A stretch of 64,000 nucleotides of DNA from NCBI GenBank assembly GCA_963816435.1, contig CAWFKS010000013.1, forward strand, positions 122,848-186,847, read 5' to 3'. Origin of the DNA: an uncultured Alphaproteobacteria bacterium. Its GTDB lineage: Bacteria > Pseudomonadota > Alphaproteobacteria > Rhizobiales > Rhizobiaceae. Positions within the stretch are counted from its first letter, which is position 1; each line of letters starts with the position of its first letter. The notes beneath the pieces were generated by a model that saw only the letters and a program-made list of their open reading frames with translations, did not search any database and was not told where the DNA came from. This document shows, piece after piece, positions 29,614 to 39,818 of the stretch. A program made the position numbers and the translations under genes.

Positions 29614-30729
29614 GTGGGCACGTCAACGACAGGTTACGGCATCATCGGCTGCGGAATGATGGGCCAGGAGCACATCCGCAATATCGCCCTCGTGCCGGAT
29701 GCGCGCGTGGCCGCCATTTTCGAGCCCTGCGATGCCATGCGTGCGGAGGCGCTGCGGCTGGTGCCCGGCGCACATGTGGCCAACTCCGTCGCCGAGGTGC
29801 TGGCCACGCCGGGCGTGAACTGCCTGGTAATCGCCAGTCCGAATTTCTGCCACGTGAGTCAGTTGGAGGAGATCGCCGCGATCCGGTCGCTGCCGGTCCT
29901 TGTCGAGAAGCCGCTGTTCACCGATCCGCGCGACGCCGTCCGCCTTGCCGCGTTCCGGTCCCGGTTGCCGCTGCTGTGGGTGGCGATGGAATACCGCTAC
30001 ATGCCGGCCGTGGCGCGGTTCGTCGCCGACGCTGAGGTTGCCACGGGCGGCGTGCGCATGCTGTCGATCCGCGAGCATCGCTATCCGTTCCTGAAGAAGG
30101 TCGGCGACTGGAATCGCTTCAACCGCAACACCGGCGGCACCTTCGTCGAAAAGGGCTGCCATTTCTTCGACCTGATGCGGTTGATCCTGAAATCGAAGCC
30201 CGTGCGGGTTATGGCCAGCGCCGGGCAGGCCATGAACCATCTCGAGGAGCGTTACGGCGGCGAGACGCCCGACGTGTGGGACAACGGCTACGTCGTCGTC
30301 GACTTCGAAAGCGGGGCGCGCGCCATGCTCGAACTGTGCATGTTTGCCGAGGGCAGCCGCTATCAGGAAGAGCTGTCGGCCGTCGGAGCGAGCGGCAAGA
30401 TTGAATGCCTCGTGCCCGGCCCGGCGCGGTTCTGGCCGGCCGATCTCGGAGCGCCGCCGGTGGCGCAGGTGATCGTCAGCCCGCGCCATCCGGCCGGGCC
30501 GCGCGCCGTCGAAATCCCGGTCGATCCCGAACTGCTCGTCGCCGGCGACCACAACGGCTCGACCTATTTCCAGCATCGGCGTTTCGTGGAGGCGTTGCGC
30601 GGCAACGGACGGGTTGAAGTGATGCTGGATGATGGCTGGTGGGCAGTCGTCATGGGGCTCGCCGCCCAGCTCTCCGCACGCGAGGGGCGGGCGGTGGTGC
30701 TCGCGGAGGAATACGATCTGCCTGGTTAG
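29614..30729 (+). CDS. Gfo/Idh/MocA-family NAD(P)-dependent oxidoreductase
   Basis: GTG 29614 follows AGGAAGG. Rossmann N-terminus YGIIGCGMMGQEH and the EKP motif (VLVEKPL). The upstream part of track ORF 29080.. is non-coding read-through. Confidence 0.85.
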   Translation: MGTSTTGYGIIGCGMMGQEHIRNIALVPDARVAAIFEPCDAMRAEALRLVPGAHVANSVAEVLATPGVNCLVIASPNFCHVSQLEEIAAIRSLPVLVEKPLFTDPRDAVRLAAFRSRLPLLWVAMEYRYMPAVARFVADAEVATGGVRMLSIREHRYPFLKKVGDWNRFNRNTGGTFVEKGCHFFDLMRLILKSKPVRVMASAGQAMNHLEERYGGETPDVWDNGYVVVDFESGARAMLELCMFAEGSRYQEELSAVGASGKIECLVPGPARFWPADLGAPPVAQVIVSPRHPAGPRAVEIPVDPELLVAGDHNGSTYFQHRRFVEALRGNGRVEVMLDDGWWAVVMGLAAQLSAREGRAVVLAEEYDLPG

Positions 30730-31007
30730 GCGCCACCATGGCTGGCGTAAGGCTTCCGAACCCAAGGCTGAACTCTTCTCAACGCTCCGCACGATTGCGC
30801 GCGCCTGCGGCGAGCGACGAACCGAAAAGTGCGAGAGCAGGAAGTGGGCGTGGTGTGAGATCGCCAGTTCAGGCGCTTTGCCTGCTTCGGAAAGGAACGG
30901 GGTGAGCCGTCCGAGTGGCAGCGACTCTTGCGAGCGTTACATTTTCTAAGCCGCCCCTAGAATATCTCACTTTTCATGGCCGCGAATTCGCCCTTGGTTT
31001 CCAGCCG

Positions 31008-32435
31008 ATGGTGAGGACAGTGGCGCGCACGCTCTACGACAGGATCTGGGATCAGCACGTGGTCGCCGAAAGGCAGGACGGCTCCGTGCTCCTCTACATC
31101 GATCGCCACCTCGCCTACGAGATCACCAGCCCGCAGGCTTTCGAGAAGCTGAAGAGCGCCGGCCGCACCGTTCGCCGCCCCGAAATGACACTGGCGCTGG
31201 CCGACCATGGCGTGCCGACGACCGGCTCACGCACCGGCCCGGTGGCCGACCCGAAGAGCCAGCTGCAGATAGAAACGTTGAAGGCGAACTGCACGTCCGC
31301 CGGCATCCAGTTCATCCCGGTTGATGACGTGCGCCAGGGCATCGTCCACGTGGTCGGTCCCGAGCTGGGCTTCAGCTTGCCGGGCACGACGATCGTGTGC
31401 GGCGACAGTCACACCTCCACGCACGGCGCGCTCGGAGCGCTGGCCTTCGGCATCGGCACCAGCGAGGTCGCGCACGTCCTGGCGACCCAGACACTGGTGC
31501 AGCTGCGTGCGAAGAACATGTGCGTGCGGATCGACGGCGCGCTGCCGCCGGGGGTCTTCGCGAAGGACGTCGCCCTGGCACTGATCGCACAAATCGGCAC
31601 GGACGGCGCGCGCGGCCACGTCATCGAATATTGCGGCTCGGCGGTCGAGGCGTTCTCGATGGAAGAGCGCATGACGCTGTGCAACATGTCGATCGAGGCG
31701 GGTGCGCGCGCCGGGCTGATCGCGCCCGACAACACCACTTTCGCATGGCTCGAAGGCCGTCCGATGGCGCCCAAGGGTGAGGAGTGGGATCAGGCGCTCG
31801 CCTGCTGGCGCGCACTGAAGAGCGACGGCGACGCGGTGTTCGACCGCACCGCCAGGCTCGAAGTCTCCGAACTCTCCCCGCGTGTCACGTGGGGCACGCG
31901 GCCCTCGCAGAACGGCGGCGCGCAGGACATTGTCCCCGATCCCGCCGATGCCGCGACGAAGGAGGAGGCGACGGCGATCGCCAAGGCGCTCGACTACATG
32001 GCACTCGAGCCGGGGACGCCGCTGGCCCACATCCCAATCGACCATGTCTTCATCGGCTCGTGCACCAATTCGCGGCTTTCGGACCTGCGCGCGGCGGCCG
32101 AGGTCGCACGAACGGGCCGGGTCGCCGATGGCGTCAGCGCGATCGTCGTGCCCGGTTCGGGTCTGGTGAAGGCGGCGGCGGAACGTGAGGGGCTCGACGG
32201 CATCTTCCGAGCCGCTGGATTCGAATGGCGGCAGCCGGGCTGCTCTGTGTGCGTGGCCGTCAACGGCGACCGCGTGCCGCCCGGCGCGCGTTGTGCGTCG
32301 ACCTCCAACCGCAATTTCGAGGGCCGTCAGGGGCCGGGCGCGCGCACGCACCTGATGAGTCCCGCCATGGCGGCAGCTGCGGCCCTGAGCGGGCGTATCG
32401 CCGATGTGCGCGAGATCCTGGCGAGGCGGCAGTGA
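31008..32435 (+). CDS. Aconitase-family dehydratase large subunit (LeuC-like)
   Basis: LeuC-type N-terminus [14 protein letters not shown] and the Fe-S cysteine region (IGSCTNSR...GCSVCV). Confidence 0.85.
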   Translation: MVRTVARTLYDRIWDQHVVAERQDGSVLLYIDRHLAYEITSPQAFEKLKSAGRTVRRPEMTLALADHGVPTTGSRTGPVADPKSQLQIETLKANCTSAGIQFIPVDDVRQGIVHVVGPELGFSLPGTTIVCGDSHTSTHGALGALAFGIGTSEVAHVLATQTLVQLRAKNMCVRIDGALPPGVFAKDVALALIAQIGTDGARGHVIEYCGSAVEAFSMEERMTLCNMSIEAGARAGLIAPDNTTFAWLEGRPMAPKGEEWDQALACWRALKSDGDAVFDRTARLEVSELSPRVTWGTRPSQNGGAQDIVPDPADAATKEEATAIAKALDYMALEPGTPLAHIPIDHVFIGSCTNSRLSDLRAAAEVARTGRVADGVSAIVVPGSGLVKAAAEREGLDGIFRAAGFEWRQPGCSVCVAVNGDRVPPGARCASTSNRNFEGRQGPGARTHLMSPAMAAAAALSGRIADVREILARRQ

Positions 32436-33049
32436 AGGCATTCACCCGACTGGCCGCACGCGCCGTGCCGCTGATGATCGACGACGTCGACACCGACATG
32501 CTCTTTCCCGCGCAGTTCGCCACCACGCTCGGCAGTTCGGGGTTGGCCGATTGCCTGTTTGCACGCGAACGGTTCGACGCGGAGGGTGCGCCTGTGTCTA
32601 CGTTTGCGCTCAACCGGCCGGAGTTCCGGGGCTCGGAGATACTGATCTCGGGCGCCAATTTCGGCTGCGGCTCCTCGCGAGAGCACGCCGTGTGGGCCCT
32701 GCGCGATTTCGGCTTTCGCTGCATAGTCGCAGAAAGCTTCGCCGACATCTTCTATTCCAACTGCTTCCGCAACGGCATCCTGCCGCTGCCGCTGCCGCGC
32801 GAAACGGTGGACGCGCTGGCGCGGAAAGTGGAGAAGCGACCCTCGGCTTTCGTGACCGTCGACCTCGAAGGACAGACGGTCGCGGCGGACGGGATCGGGC
32901 GCACGGCGTTCGCTGTCGATCCGTTCCGACGCGACATGCTGTTGAGGGGACTCGACGAGATCGGGCTCACGCTGCAGGACGAGCCTGCCATCGGCGCGTT
33001 CGAAAAACGACATTTCGGCGCGCAGCCGTGGCTGCGTGTTCGAACCTGA
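32432..33049 (+). CDS. Aconitase-family dehydratase small subunit (LeuD-like)
   Basis: The GTG start overlaps the large-subunit stop (GTGA). Swivel-domain motif [13 protein letters not shown]. Confidence 0.85.
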   Translation: MKAFTRLAARAVPLMIDDVDTDMLFPAQFATTLGSSGLADCLFARERFDAEGAPVSTFALNRPEFRGSEILISGANFGCGSSREHAVWALRDFGFRCIVAESFADIFYSNCFRNGILPLPLPRETVDALARKVEKRPSAFVTVDLEGQTVAADGIGRTAFAVDPFRRDMLLRGLDEIGLTLQDEPAIGAFEKRHFGAQPWLRVRT

Positions 33050-33062
33050 CTGGAGGAACAAG

Positions 33063-33932
33063 ATGGACAAGATTGCGGGGCGGCCGAACTGGAAGGCGCT
33101 CGTCTCGGGCGAAAAACCTCTCCTTCTGCCGTGCGCGCACGACGCGCTGTCGGCGCGGCTGATCGAGCAGGCCGGCTTCGACGCATTTTCGATCGGTGGG
33201 TTCCCGTTGGTCGGAGCACGCTATGGCATCCCCGATGTCGGGCTGGTCGGGCTCGGCGAGATGGCCGACGGCGTACGCGATATCATGGCGGCATCGACAA
33301 TTCCCGTACTGGTCGACGGCGATAATGGCTACGGCGACGCCAAGAACGTCGCGCGCACCGTGCGAACATACGAGAACCTCGGCGCCGCCGCGCTATTCTT
33401 CGAGGATCAGGTTGCACCCAAGCGCTGCGGCCACATGGCCGGCAAGGACGTCATCCCCGCGGCCGAGATGGAGGCCAAGATTCGTGTCGCGGCCGCGGCG
33501 CGGCAAGACCTCGACACCTTCATCCTGGCGCGTACCGATGCACGCGCCGTCCACGGGCTGGACGAGGCGCTGCGCCGCGGCGAAAGATACCTGGCGGCGG
33601 GCGCCGACGGTCTGTTCATCGAAGCACCCGAGAGCATTGATGAACTGGAGAGGGTGGGGCGCGCCTTCGACGGCGTACCTCAACTGGCCAACATGCTCGA
33701 AGGCGGACGCACGCCGGTCCTGCCGCCGAACGATCTCAAGGCAATGGGCTTCGCCATGGTCGCCTATCCGACCAGTCTGATCTTCCGCGTCGTGAAGACG
33801 ATGCAGGAGGCGCTGCGCGACATGGCCGCCGGCCGACTGACACTCGAAGGCGAGGGCGTCGACTTCGAAGCGTTCAAGAAGGTGGTCGGTTTCAGCGAAT
33901 GGGCCGCCTTTGAAGAGATTGCAGGGCGCTGA
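33063..33932 (+). CDS. Isocitrate lyase / PEP mutase superfamily enzyme (methylisocitrate- or dimethylmalate-lyase-like)
   Basis: Motifs DGDNGYGD, FFEDQVAPKRCGHMAGK and ARTDA. TGGAGGA Shine-Dalgarno before ATG 33063. Confidence 0.8.
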   Translation: MDKIAGRPNWKALVSGEKPLLLPCAHDALSARLIEQAGFDAFSIGGFPLVGARYGIPDVGLVGLGEMADGVRDIMAASTIPVLVDGDNGYGDAKNVARTVRTYENLGAAALFFEDQVAPKRCGHMAGKDVIPAAEMEAKIRVAAAARQDLDTFILARTDARAVHGLDEALRRGERYLAAGADGLFIEAPESIDELERVGRAFDGVPQLANMLEGGRTPVLPPNDLKAMGFAMVAYPTSLIFRVVKTMQEALRDMAAGRLTLEGEGVDFEAFKKVVGFSEWAAFEEIAGR

Positions 33933-33983
33933 CGAGGAGTTTACTTTCGTAACCGTCCACGCACGGATACGTGCCGCTTGTGC

Positions 33984-34895
33984 TCACTCCCGGCGGTGCG
34001 CCATTCCCGCCTCCGCGAGCAGCCAATTGCGCACGCTGCGAATCTCGGGCCGCCCGGCCAGCGCTTCGGGGCAGACGAAATAGAAGCCCAGCCCGCTCTT
34101 CACCTTGGTGGCGAACGGTGCCACCAGCCGCCCCGTCTCGATGTCGCTCATGGCGAAGACCTTGCGCGTGATGGCGAAGCCGAGGCCATGGACAGCCATT
34201 TCGAGCGCCAGAGCGGAATTCTCGTGCATGACCTGCCGCTGCGGATTGACGCCCCGCACTCCGGCGGCCTCCAGCCAAAGCCGCCAGTCGTCCGGCCGGC
34301 GCATCGTCGTCAGCAGCGGATAGCGCGCCAGCGTCGCGGGATCGGCGGGGTCCGGAACGTCCTCCAGCAACTGCGGCGCGCAAACGGGAAAGAATTCGTC
34401 CTCGAGCAGCAGGTCCGCCCTGAGGCGTGGCCACTCGCCGTCGCCAATACGCACCGCGGCGTCGACATCGGCGGTCGCGAAATCGACGTTTGCCATGCTG
34501 GTGGAGATCTGGATGGTTATGTCGGGATGCGTCGCACGGAAGCGCGGCAGCCGCGGCGCAAGCCATTTTTGTGCGAAGGACGGCAGCAGGCTGAGGGTCA
34601 CGCTGCCTTGCTTGCGCCAGTTGAGGTCGCTGAAGGCCGAGGCGATCGAGGCGAAGGATTCGTGCAGGACAGGATAGATTTCTTTTCCCGACTGCGTCAG
34701 TTCCAGCGCTCGATTGGCGCGCCGGAACAGCTTGATCCCGAGCGCGGTTTCCAGCGCCTTCACCTGATGTGTGACAGCCGCCGGCGTGACGTGCATTTCC
34801 TGTGCCGCCTTCTTCATGCTCAGATGCCGGGCCGCCGCCTCAAACGCGCGCAGCGAATTCAGGGAAGGGAGGCGGCTTATCGGCGAATCGGACAT
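33984..34895 (-). CDS. LysR-family transcriptional regulator (GcvA-like)
   Basis: N-terminal HTH LNSLRAFEAAARHLSMKKAAQEMHVTPAAVTHQVKALE plus a LysR substrate-binding domain. Confidence 0.9.
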   Translation of the reverse strand: MSDSPISRLPSLNSLRAFEAAARHLSMKKAAQEMHVTPAAVTHQVKALETALGIKLFRRANRALELTQSGKEIYPVLHESFASIASAFSDLNWRKQGSVTLSLLPSFAQKWLAPRLPRFRATHPDITIQISTSMANVDFATADVDAAVRIGDGEWPRLRADLLLEDEFFPVCAPQLLEDVPDPADPATLARYPLLTTMRRPDDWRLWLEAAGVRGVNPQRQVMHENSALALEMAVHGLGFAITRKVFAMSDIETGRLVAPFATKVKSGLGFYFVCPEALAGRPEIRSVRNWLLAEAGMAHRRE

Positions 34896-34911
34896 GGACA
34901 GGGGCTGGCCA

Positions 34912-34928
34912 ATTTAGCTGGCCTAAAT
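34912..34928. promoter_or_regulatory. Candidate LysR box (T-N11-A palindrome)
   Basis: ATTTAG-CTGGC-CTAAAT is a perfect 6+6 inverted repeat. It lies 17 nt upstream of the LysR start, in the divergent region towards the ABC operon. Confidence 0.4.
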
Positions 34929-35023
34929 CGAAGGCAATTCTTATCAATTGGCCGGACGGCGCTCAAGTCATTAGTGTCGTTGCAAAACAGGCGGACCGGT
35001 CCGTCACACGAGGGAGGAAGGAG

Positions 35024-35899
35024 ATGAGCGGTGCCTCGTCGGCGAAAGCCGTAGGCACGACGAAGCCATCCGCACATCCGCAGCCTGAAAGGGCGCGGAG
35101 CGATCCCGCGGTTCGGCTGCGTGGCATCAACATCACCTATGGCGGACATGCCGACGCGGCCTACACGGCAGTCGCCGAAGCCGACCTCGACGTTGGCGAC
35201 GGCGAGTTCGTGGCGATCGTCGGCCCCACCGGCTGCGGCAAGTCCACGCTCCTCAACGTCGCCGCCGGTCTCCTGAAGGCGTCGGCGGGCACCTGCGACA
35301 TCTACGGCGGCGATCTTTCGGGCATCAACCGGAAGGCCGGCTACCTCTTCCAGTCCGACGCGCTGATGCCGTGGAAGACGGCGGCGCAGAACATCTCCAT
35401 CGCGCTGCAGGTCAACGGAGCGAGTGCCGCGGAAGCGCGCGAGAAGACTACCGACTGGCTGGCAAAGGTCGGCCTGCGGGCCTTCGCGGACCGCTATCCC
35501 CATCAGCTCTCTGGCGGGCAGCGCAAGCGCGTGGCGCTCGCCCAGACCCTGTCACTCGACCCGAGAATCCTGCTGATGGACGAGCCGTTCGGACCTCTGG
35601 ATGCGCAGACGCGCGCGCTGATGGGCGAATTGCTGCTCGAGCTTTGGTCGAGCGACCGCAAAGCAGTAATGTTCGTGACCCATGATCTCGAGGAGGCGAT
35701 CTCGCTGTCGGACAGGGTGGTGGTGATGTCGGCGGGGCCGGGCTCCCGCATCGTCGGCGACTACCCCGTCCCGCTGGAGCGTCCTCGCGACCCGGCCGAG
35801 ATTCGCCACACGGCCGAGTTCGGCGCGATCTATCGCGACATCTGGCATACGCTGAAGGGCGAGGTCATCAAGGCCTACGAGGAGGAGGACAGGCGGTGA
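35024..35899 (+). CDS. ABC transporter ATP-binding protein (NitT/TauT family; SsuB/TauB-like)
   Basis: Motifs GPTGCGKST, LSGGQRKR and LLMDEPFGPLD. Strong Shine-Dalgarno GAGGGAGGAAGGAG before ATG 35024. Confidence 0.9.
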   Translation: MSGASSAKAVGTTKPSAHPQPERARSDPAVRLRGINITYGGHADAAYTAVAEADLDVGDGEFVAIVGPTGCGKSTLLNVAAGLLKASAGTCDIYGGDLSGINRKAGYLFQSDALMPWKTAAQNISIALQVNGASAAEAREKTTDWLAKVGLRAFADRYPHQLSGGQRKRVALAQTLSLDPRILLMDEPFGPLDAQTRALMGELLLELWSSDRKAVMFVTHDLEEAISLSDRVVVMSAGPGSRIVGDYPVPLERPRDPAEIRHTAEFGAIYRDIWHTLKGEVIKAYEEEDRR

Positions 35900-36690
35900 C
35901 GAAGTCCGGCGTCGTCATGCTGCGCATTCTCGCCGCGGTCGCCGCCCTCGCGTTGTGGCACGTGCTCACCACACTGCCGCGCGACGAGCCGCTGCTAGAC
36001 CCCTTCTTCTTCTCCACGCCGGTCGACGTGATCGAGCGCACCGCGCGCGACATCGTCACCGCCAGCATGTGGTACGACCTCTACATCACCATGCTGGAGA
36101 CGGCGCTCGCATTCGTTATCGGCGTCGTCAGCGCCGTCGTCCTTGGCTTCTGGTTCGCCAGGCGTCGGCTGCTGGCCGCCGTATTCGATCCCTACGTGCA
36201 GGCCGCCAACGCGCTGCCGCGCGTCGTGCTGGCGCCGATCTTCGCGCTGTGGTTCGGCCTCGGCATCTGGTCGAAGGTGGCGCTTGGCGTCTCGCTGGTC
36301 TTCTTCATCGTCTTCTTCAACGTCTATCAGGGCGTCAAGGAAGTGAACCCGGCCGTGCTCGCCAATGCCCGCATGATCGGCATGAGCGACCGGCAGCTCA
36401 TGCGCCACGTTTACCTGCCTTCGGCGATGTCGTGGGTCTTTTCGTCGCTGCACACGTCCGTGGGTTTTGCGCTCATCGGCTCGGTGGTGGGCGAGTATCT
36501 CGGTTCCGCCGCAGGGCTGGGCTACCGCATCTCGCAGGCCGAAGGCGTCTTCGACGTCACCGGCGTGTTCTCGGGAATGCTCGTCCTGATGATCTTCGTC
36601 GTCATCATCGACGGGCTGGTCAGCGTTGTCGAGCGTCGGCTCCTCGTGTGGCGTCCGGCAGCGGCGACAACTGCGCCACATGGCGAATAA
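35896..36690 (+). CDS. ABC transporter permease (NitT/TauT family; SsuC/TauC-like)
   Basis: The GTG start overlaps the upstream stop. Six-TM BPD-type permease. Confidence 0.85.
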   Translation: MTKSGVVMLRILAAVAALALWHVLTTLPRDEPLLDPFFFSTPVDVIERTARDIVTASMWYDLYITMLETALAFVIGVVSAVVLGFWFARRRLLAAVFDPYVQAANALPRVVLAPIFALWFGLGIWSKVALGVSLVFFIVFFNVYQGVKEVNPAVLANARMIGMSDRQLMRHVYLPSAMSWVFSSLHTSVGFALIGSVVGEYLGSAAGLGYRISQAEGVFDVTGVFSGMLVLMIFVVIIDGLVSVVERRLLVWRPAAATTAPHGE

Positions 36691-36710
36691 CCAAGAAGGA
36701 GGAAACTGAA

Positions 36711-37730
36711 ATGCGTATCTTCAAGACGATGGCGATTGCGGCAGCATTGGCCGCCACCGCAGCAATGGCCGCCCAGGCGGCCGAGCCGGAAAAGACCGAC
36801 GTAACACTGGGCGTCGGCGGCAAGTCCGCGCTCTACTATCTGCCGCTGACCGTGACGGAGAAGAAGGGCTTCTTCAAGGACGAGGGTCTGAACGTCACGA
36901 TCCAGGACTTCAAGGGTGGCTCGAAGAGCCTGCAGGCGCTGATGGGCGGCTCGGTCGACGTCGTCACCGGCGCCTACGAACACACGGTCCGCATGCAGGC
37001 GAAGGGACAGGACCTCGAGGCGGTTGTCGAGCTGGGTCGCTTCCCGGGCATCGTCGTGGCGGTTCGCAAGGATCTGGCCGACAAGGTGAACTCGGCGGCC
37101 GACCTGAAGGGCCTGCGCATCGGCGTCACCGCGCCGGGCTCCTCGACCAACAACATCGTCAACTTTGCCCTGGCCAAGGCGGGATTGTCCTCACGCGACG
37201 TCTCGTTCATTGGCGTGGGCGCCGGCCAGACGGCGGTCGCCGCAATGGTCAACGGCGAGATCGACGCAATCTCCAACATCGACCCGGCGATTTCGATGAT
37301 CGACAAGAAGGTCGGGCTGAAGCCGATCGTCGACACGCGTACCGAAAAGGATACGATCGACCTGTTTGGCGCGCCGGTGCCTGCGGCGGTGCTCTATCTC
37401 AGGCCCGAGTTTGCGAAGGAGAATCCGGAGACGGTTCAGCGTCTGGTGAACGCCTTCTACAAGGGCCTGCAGTGGCTTGCCAGCGCCTCACCCGAGGAGG
37501 TCGCCGACCTGATGCCCGAGGAATACTATCTCGGCGACAAGGACATGTACACGACGGCCGTCAAGGATTCGCTCGACGCGTACTCGCGCACCGGCGAGAT
37601 CACCGAGGAGGGGATGAACGCAGCGACGAAGCTTCTCTCCTTCGACAAGGACCTCGACCTCGACAGCGTCGACATGTCCAAGACCTATGACGGCAGCTTC
37701 ATTCAGAAGGCCCACGAGAGCGCCGACTGA
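36711..37730 (+). CDS. ABC substrate-binding protein (NMT1/SsuA/TauA-like)
   Basis: ATG 36711 follows AAGGAGGAAA. Signal peptide MRIFKTMAIAAALAATAAMAAQA. Track ORF 35955.. is over-extended. Confidence 0.85.
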   Translation: MRIFKTMAIAAALAATAAMAAQAAEPEKTDVTLGVGGKSALYYLPLTVTEKKGFFKDEGLNVTIQDFKGGSKSLQALMGGSVDVVTGAYEHTVRMQAKGQDLEAVVELGRFPGIVVAVRKDLADKVNSAADLKGLRIGVTAPGSSTNNIVNFALAKAGLSSRDVSFIGVGAGQTAVAAMVNGEIDAISNIDPAISMIDKKVGLKPIVDTRTEKDTIDLFGAPVPAAVLYLRPEFAKENPETVQRLVNAFYKGLQWLASASPEEVADLMPEEYYLGDKDMYTTAVKDSLDAYSRTGEITEEGMNAATKLLSFDKDLDLDSVDMSKTYDGSFIQKAHESAD

Positions 37731-37745
37731 TCCACGTCAGGAATC

Positions 37746-37773
37746 CCGGACGGCCAATAGCACGGCCGTCCGG
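37746..37773 (+). terminator. Perfect 10-bp GC hairpin after the ABC operon
   Basis: CCGGACGGCC-aatagcac-GGCCGTCCGG lies 16 nt after the stop at 37730. There is no clear T-tract. Confidence 0.45.
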
Positions 37774-38443
37774 CAACCATCGGTGCATCCTTGCATACCG
37801 TCCTTGACCGCGTTGGGCGGCACATCAGGAATCGGGGTGGTTCAAGGTCAGAACTTTCCACGTCGATCGCCGTGAGCAGCAAGGTGGGCTCATCCGAGAC
37901 TGACGCCACGTGCCAGATCGGGCGAGCATAGCGGTGAAGAAGAGCGGGGTCGCACGATATTGTTCGTGGTTGGCGAATCGGCGTGCCGTCCTGACGTTGA
38001 TCGGTGTGGCAATCTCATAAAGTCTCATTCTATCCAGCGCATGACATGGCGTCGATGACAGACAAATTGAGATCAGCTCCTTTTCACTGTCCCACTCCGT
38101 TCCAACCGCGGACGAACGTTGCCGGGCCACTTCGCTCCACCATTGCAGACGCTCAGGCAAACTTTGCCCATCCGCAACCGAAGAACACGGATGAGACAGA
38201 GAACGGCCGCTTCGCGCCCACCGCGGTAATTGCGGCGTCCCGCGTGATGATCTGAAAGCAGTCACCTTTTCGCGAACCATCGAGCCGCGCAGCACATTCA
38301 TTCTTGAAGCCGAAATTGCGATGACCTGCGGCACGGCTCCGATCTCGCCAGGCGAGTCGTCTAACCGGCATTTGCAATTGATCTGCCTGCGAAGCTTCCA
38401 AGGGTGGCGTGCCCACTCGCTCGATCGCCTCGTTGGCGGTGAT

Positions 38444-39430
38444 TTATCGCAGAATTGCCGCGCTCATCCGTAGCCAGTTTCCAGACGCATAGTTTTCGAG
38501 CTCGCGCCCCTCCAGTCCGCATGTCTCGATGAAGGTTCGCGCCGTCGCCCCTGGCCGGTACTGGTATGGATAGTCCGTGGAAAACAGGAGACGATCCGGG
38601 CCTACGATCCCGACAGCGCGACGGAGATGTTCGGACGAAAACATCCCGCTGGTCCCCAGGAAGACGTTCTGACGAAGGTAGGTTTCCAGCGATTGGCTTA
38701 GGCCGGAGACGCGATCGACAGAGGCCAGTCGATCGACATAGTAGAGTACGAGCTCGCCCCAGTGACCGAGAATGACTGGCAGGGCGGGGTGCTTGTCGAA
38801 TATCCCCGAAAGGACCAGGCGCAGAAACTGGAATCCGGCGTCCAGGTGCCATCCGATCGCGTAGCCCGCAAGGGCCATTTCGACCCGATCACCCAGCCCT
38901 GCAAACCAGGTGTTCCGCACCGCGCCGGGAGCGACGCGCGGGTGAAGAAGGAGAGGCACGCGGCGACGTCCAGCCACCTCGAAAATCGGCGCGAAATCCG
39001 GGTGATCGAGATTTCGTTCACCGACACGTCCGCAGAGCATTGCGCCTGAGAACCCGAGCTTCACAATGCAGCGTTCCAGTTCACGGGCCGCCGCTTCAGG
39101 TTGGGCAACGGGCAAGGTTGCCATCGCCCCGAACCGATCCGGATGGCGCTGTAACGCCTCAGCCAGAACGTCGTTGACACGCCGCGCCATATCGACGCTT
39201 TCAGGACCCAGATCATGGAGTGCAGGCGTGGTAAGGGACAGGACCTGGACATCGATGCCTGCTTCATCCATGAGTGCGATCCGTCCTTCGGAAAGATCGA
39301 GCAGTCGATTTTCGATGTCGCCCACCTGATGGTAGGCGACGCCAGGGTCAGTGGCCTCCAACCCGAGGGCGTGCCAGGCGGCTGCAACCTCGCGGGTTGC
39401 CATATGCTCTTCGGTCGCAATGATTTTCAT
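38444..39430 (-). CDS. Amidohydrolase-2 family protein (ACMSD/decarboxylase-hydratase type)
   Basis: The start MKIIATEEHM carries the N-terminal metal-binding motif typical of amidohydrolase_2. A C-terminal FSTDYP motif is present. The track ORF is over-extended to 39550. Confidence 0.8.
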   Translation of the reverse strand: MKIIATEEHMATREVAAAWHALGLEATDPGVAYHQVGDIENRLLDLSEGRIALMDEAGIDVQVLSLTTPALHDLGPESVDMARRVNDVLAEALQRHPDRFGAMATLPVAQPEAAARELERCIVKLGFSGAMLCGRVGERNLDHPDFAPIFEVAGRRRVPLLLHPRVAPGAVRNTWFAGLGDRVEMALAGYAIGWHLDAGFQFLRLVLSGIFDKHPALPVILGHWGELVLYYVDRLASVDRVSGLSQSLETYLRQNVFLGTSGMFSSEHLRRAVGIVGPDRLLFSTDYPYQYRPGATARTFIETCGLEGRELENYASGNWLRMSAAILR

Positions 39431-39434
39431 GGCG

Positions 39435-39737
39435 TCACCAAGCCACAGTGCGGCCGTCCCGGTCCTGATAGCGCAGGCCCGGTCTGCCCTCTTGCGCCAA
39501 AACCAGATCCACCAGCTTCGGTGCCAATTCTTCCAGCGTGTAGCGGGCATCGGCGCCGCCGAGTTCGGTCTGAATCCAGCCAGGCGCGATCAGCAGCAGC
39601 GGGCGCGTTTCACCCTCGCGGATCGCATAGCTGCGCATATACTGGTTCAACGCGGCCTTGGACCCGCGATAGACCTCACGGCCGCCTTTGGTATTTTCCG
39701 TGACGCTGCCCTGTCCGGAAGACATGACAGCTGTCCG
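39435..39737 (-). pseudogene. Short-chain dehydrogenase, C-terminal half only (5-prime part deleted next to IS)
   Basis: Contains the SDR catalytic YxxxK (YRGSKAALN) but no Rossmann N-terminus. The reading frame closes at a TGA at 39741, right next to the IS end. Confidence 0.7.
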
Positions 39738-39818
39738 GCGTCAGCGCTGATGGGACCAAAGCGGCTTAACTGAGGACGGAGGATTTCTGGTTCATCGTAG
39801 CGTTTCAAAGGAGCGAAG

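Noticed and set aside
31008-33049. Annotating the aconitase-family pair as biosynthetic leuC/leuD.
   Set aside because: No leuA or leuB is nearby. The pair is tightly linked to a PEP-mutase/ICL-family enzyme and a LysR regulator, so a catabolic paralogue is more likely. Gene symbols were therefore withheld.
37825-38416. ORFs 37825..38334- and 38153..38416- in the hinge region.
   Set aside because: No motifs, poor composition and mutually overlapping frames. At best they are remnants of a decayed gene.
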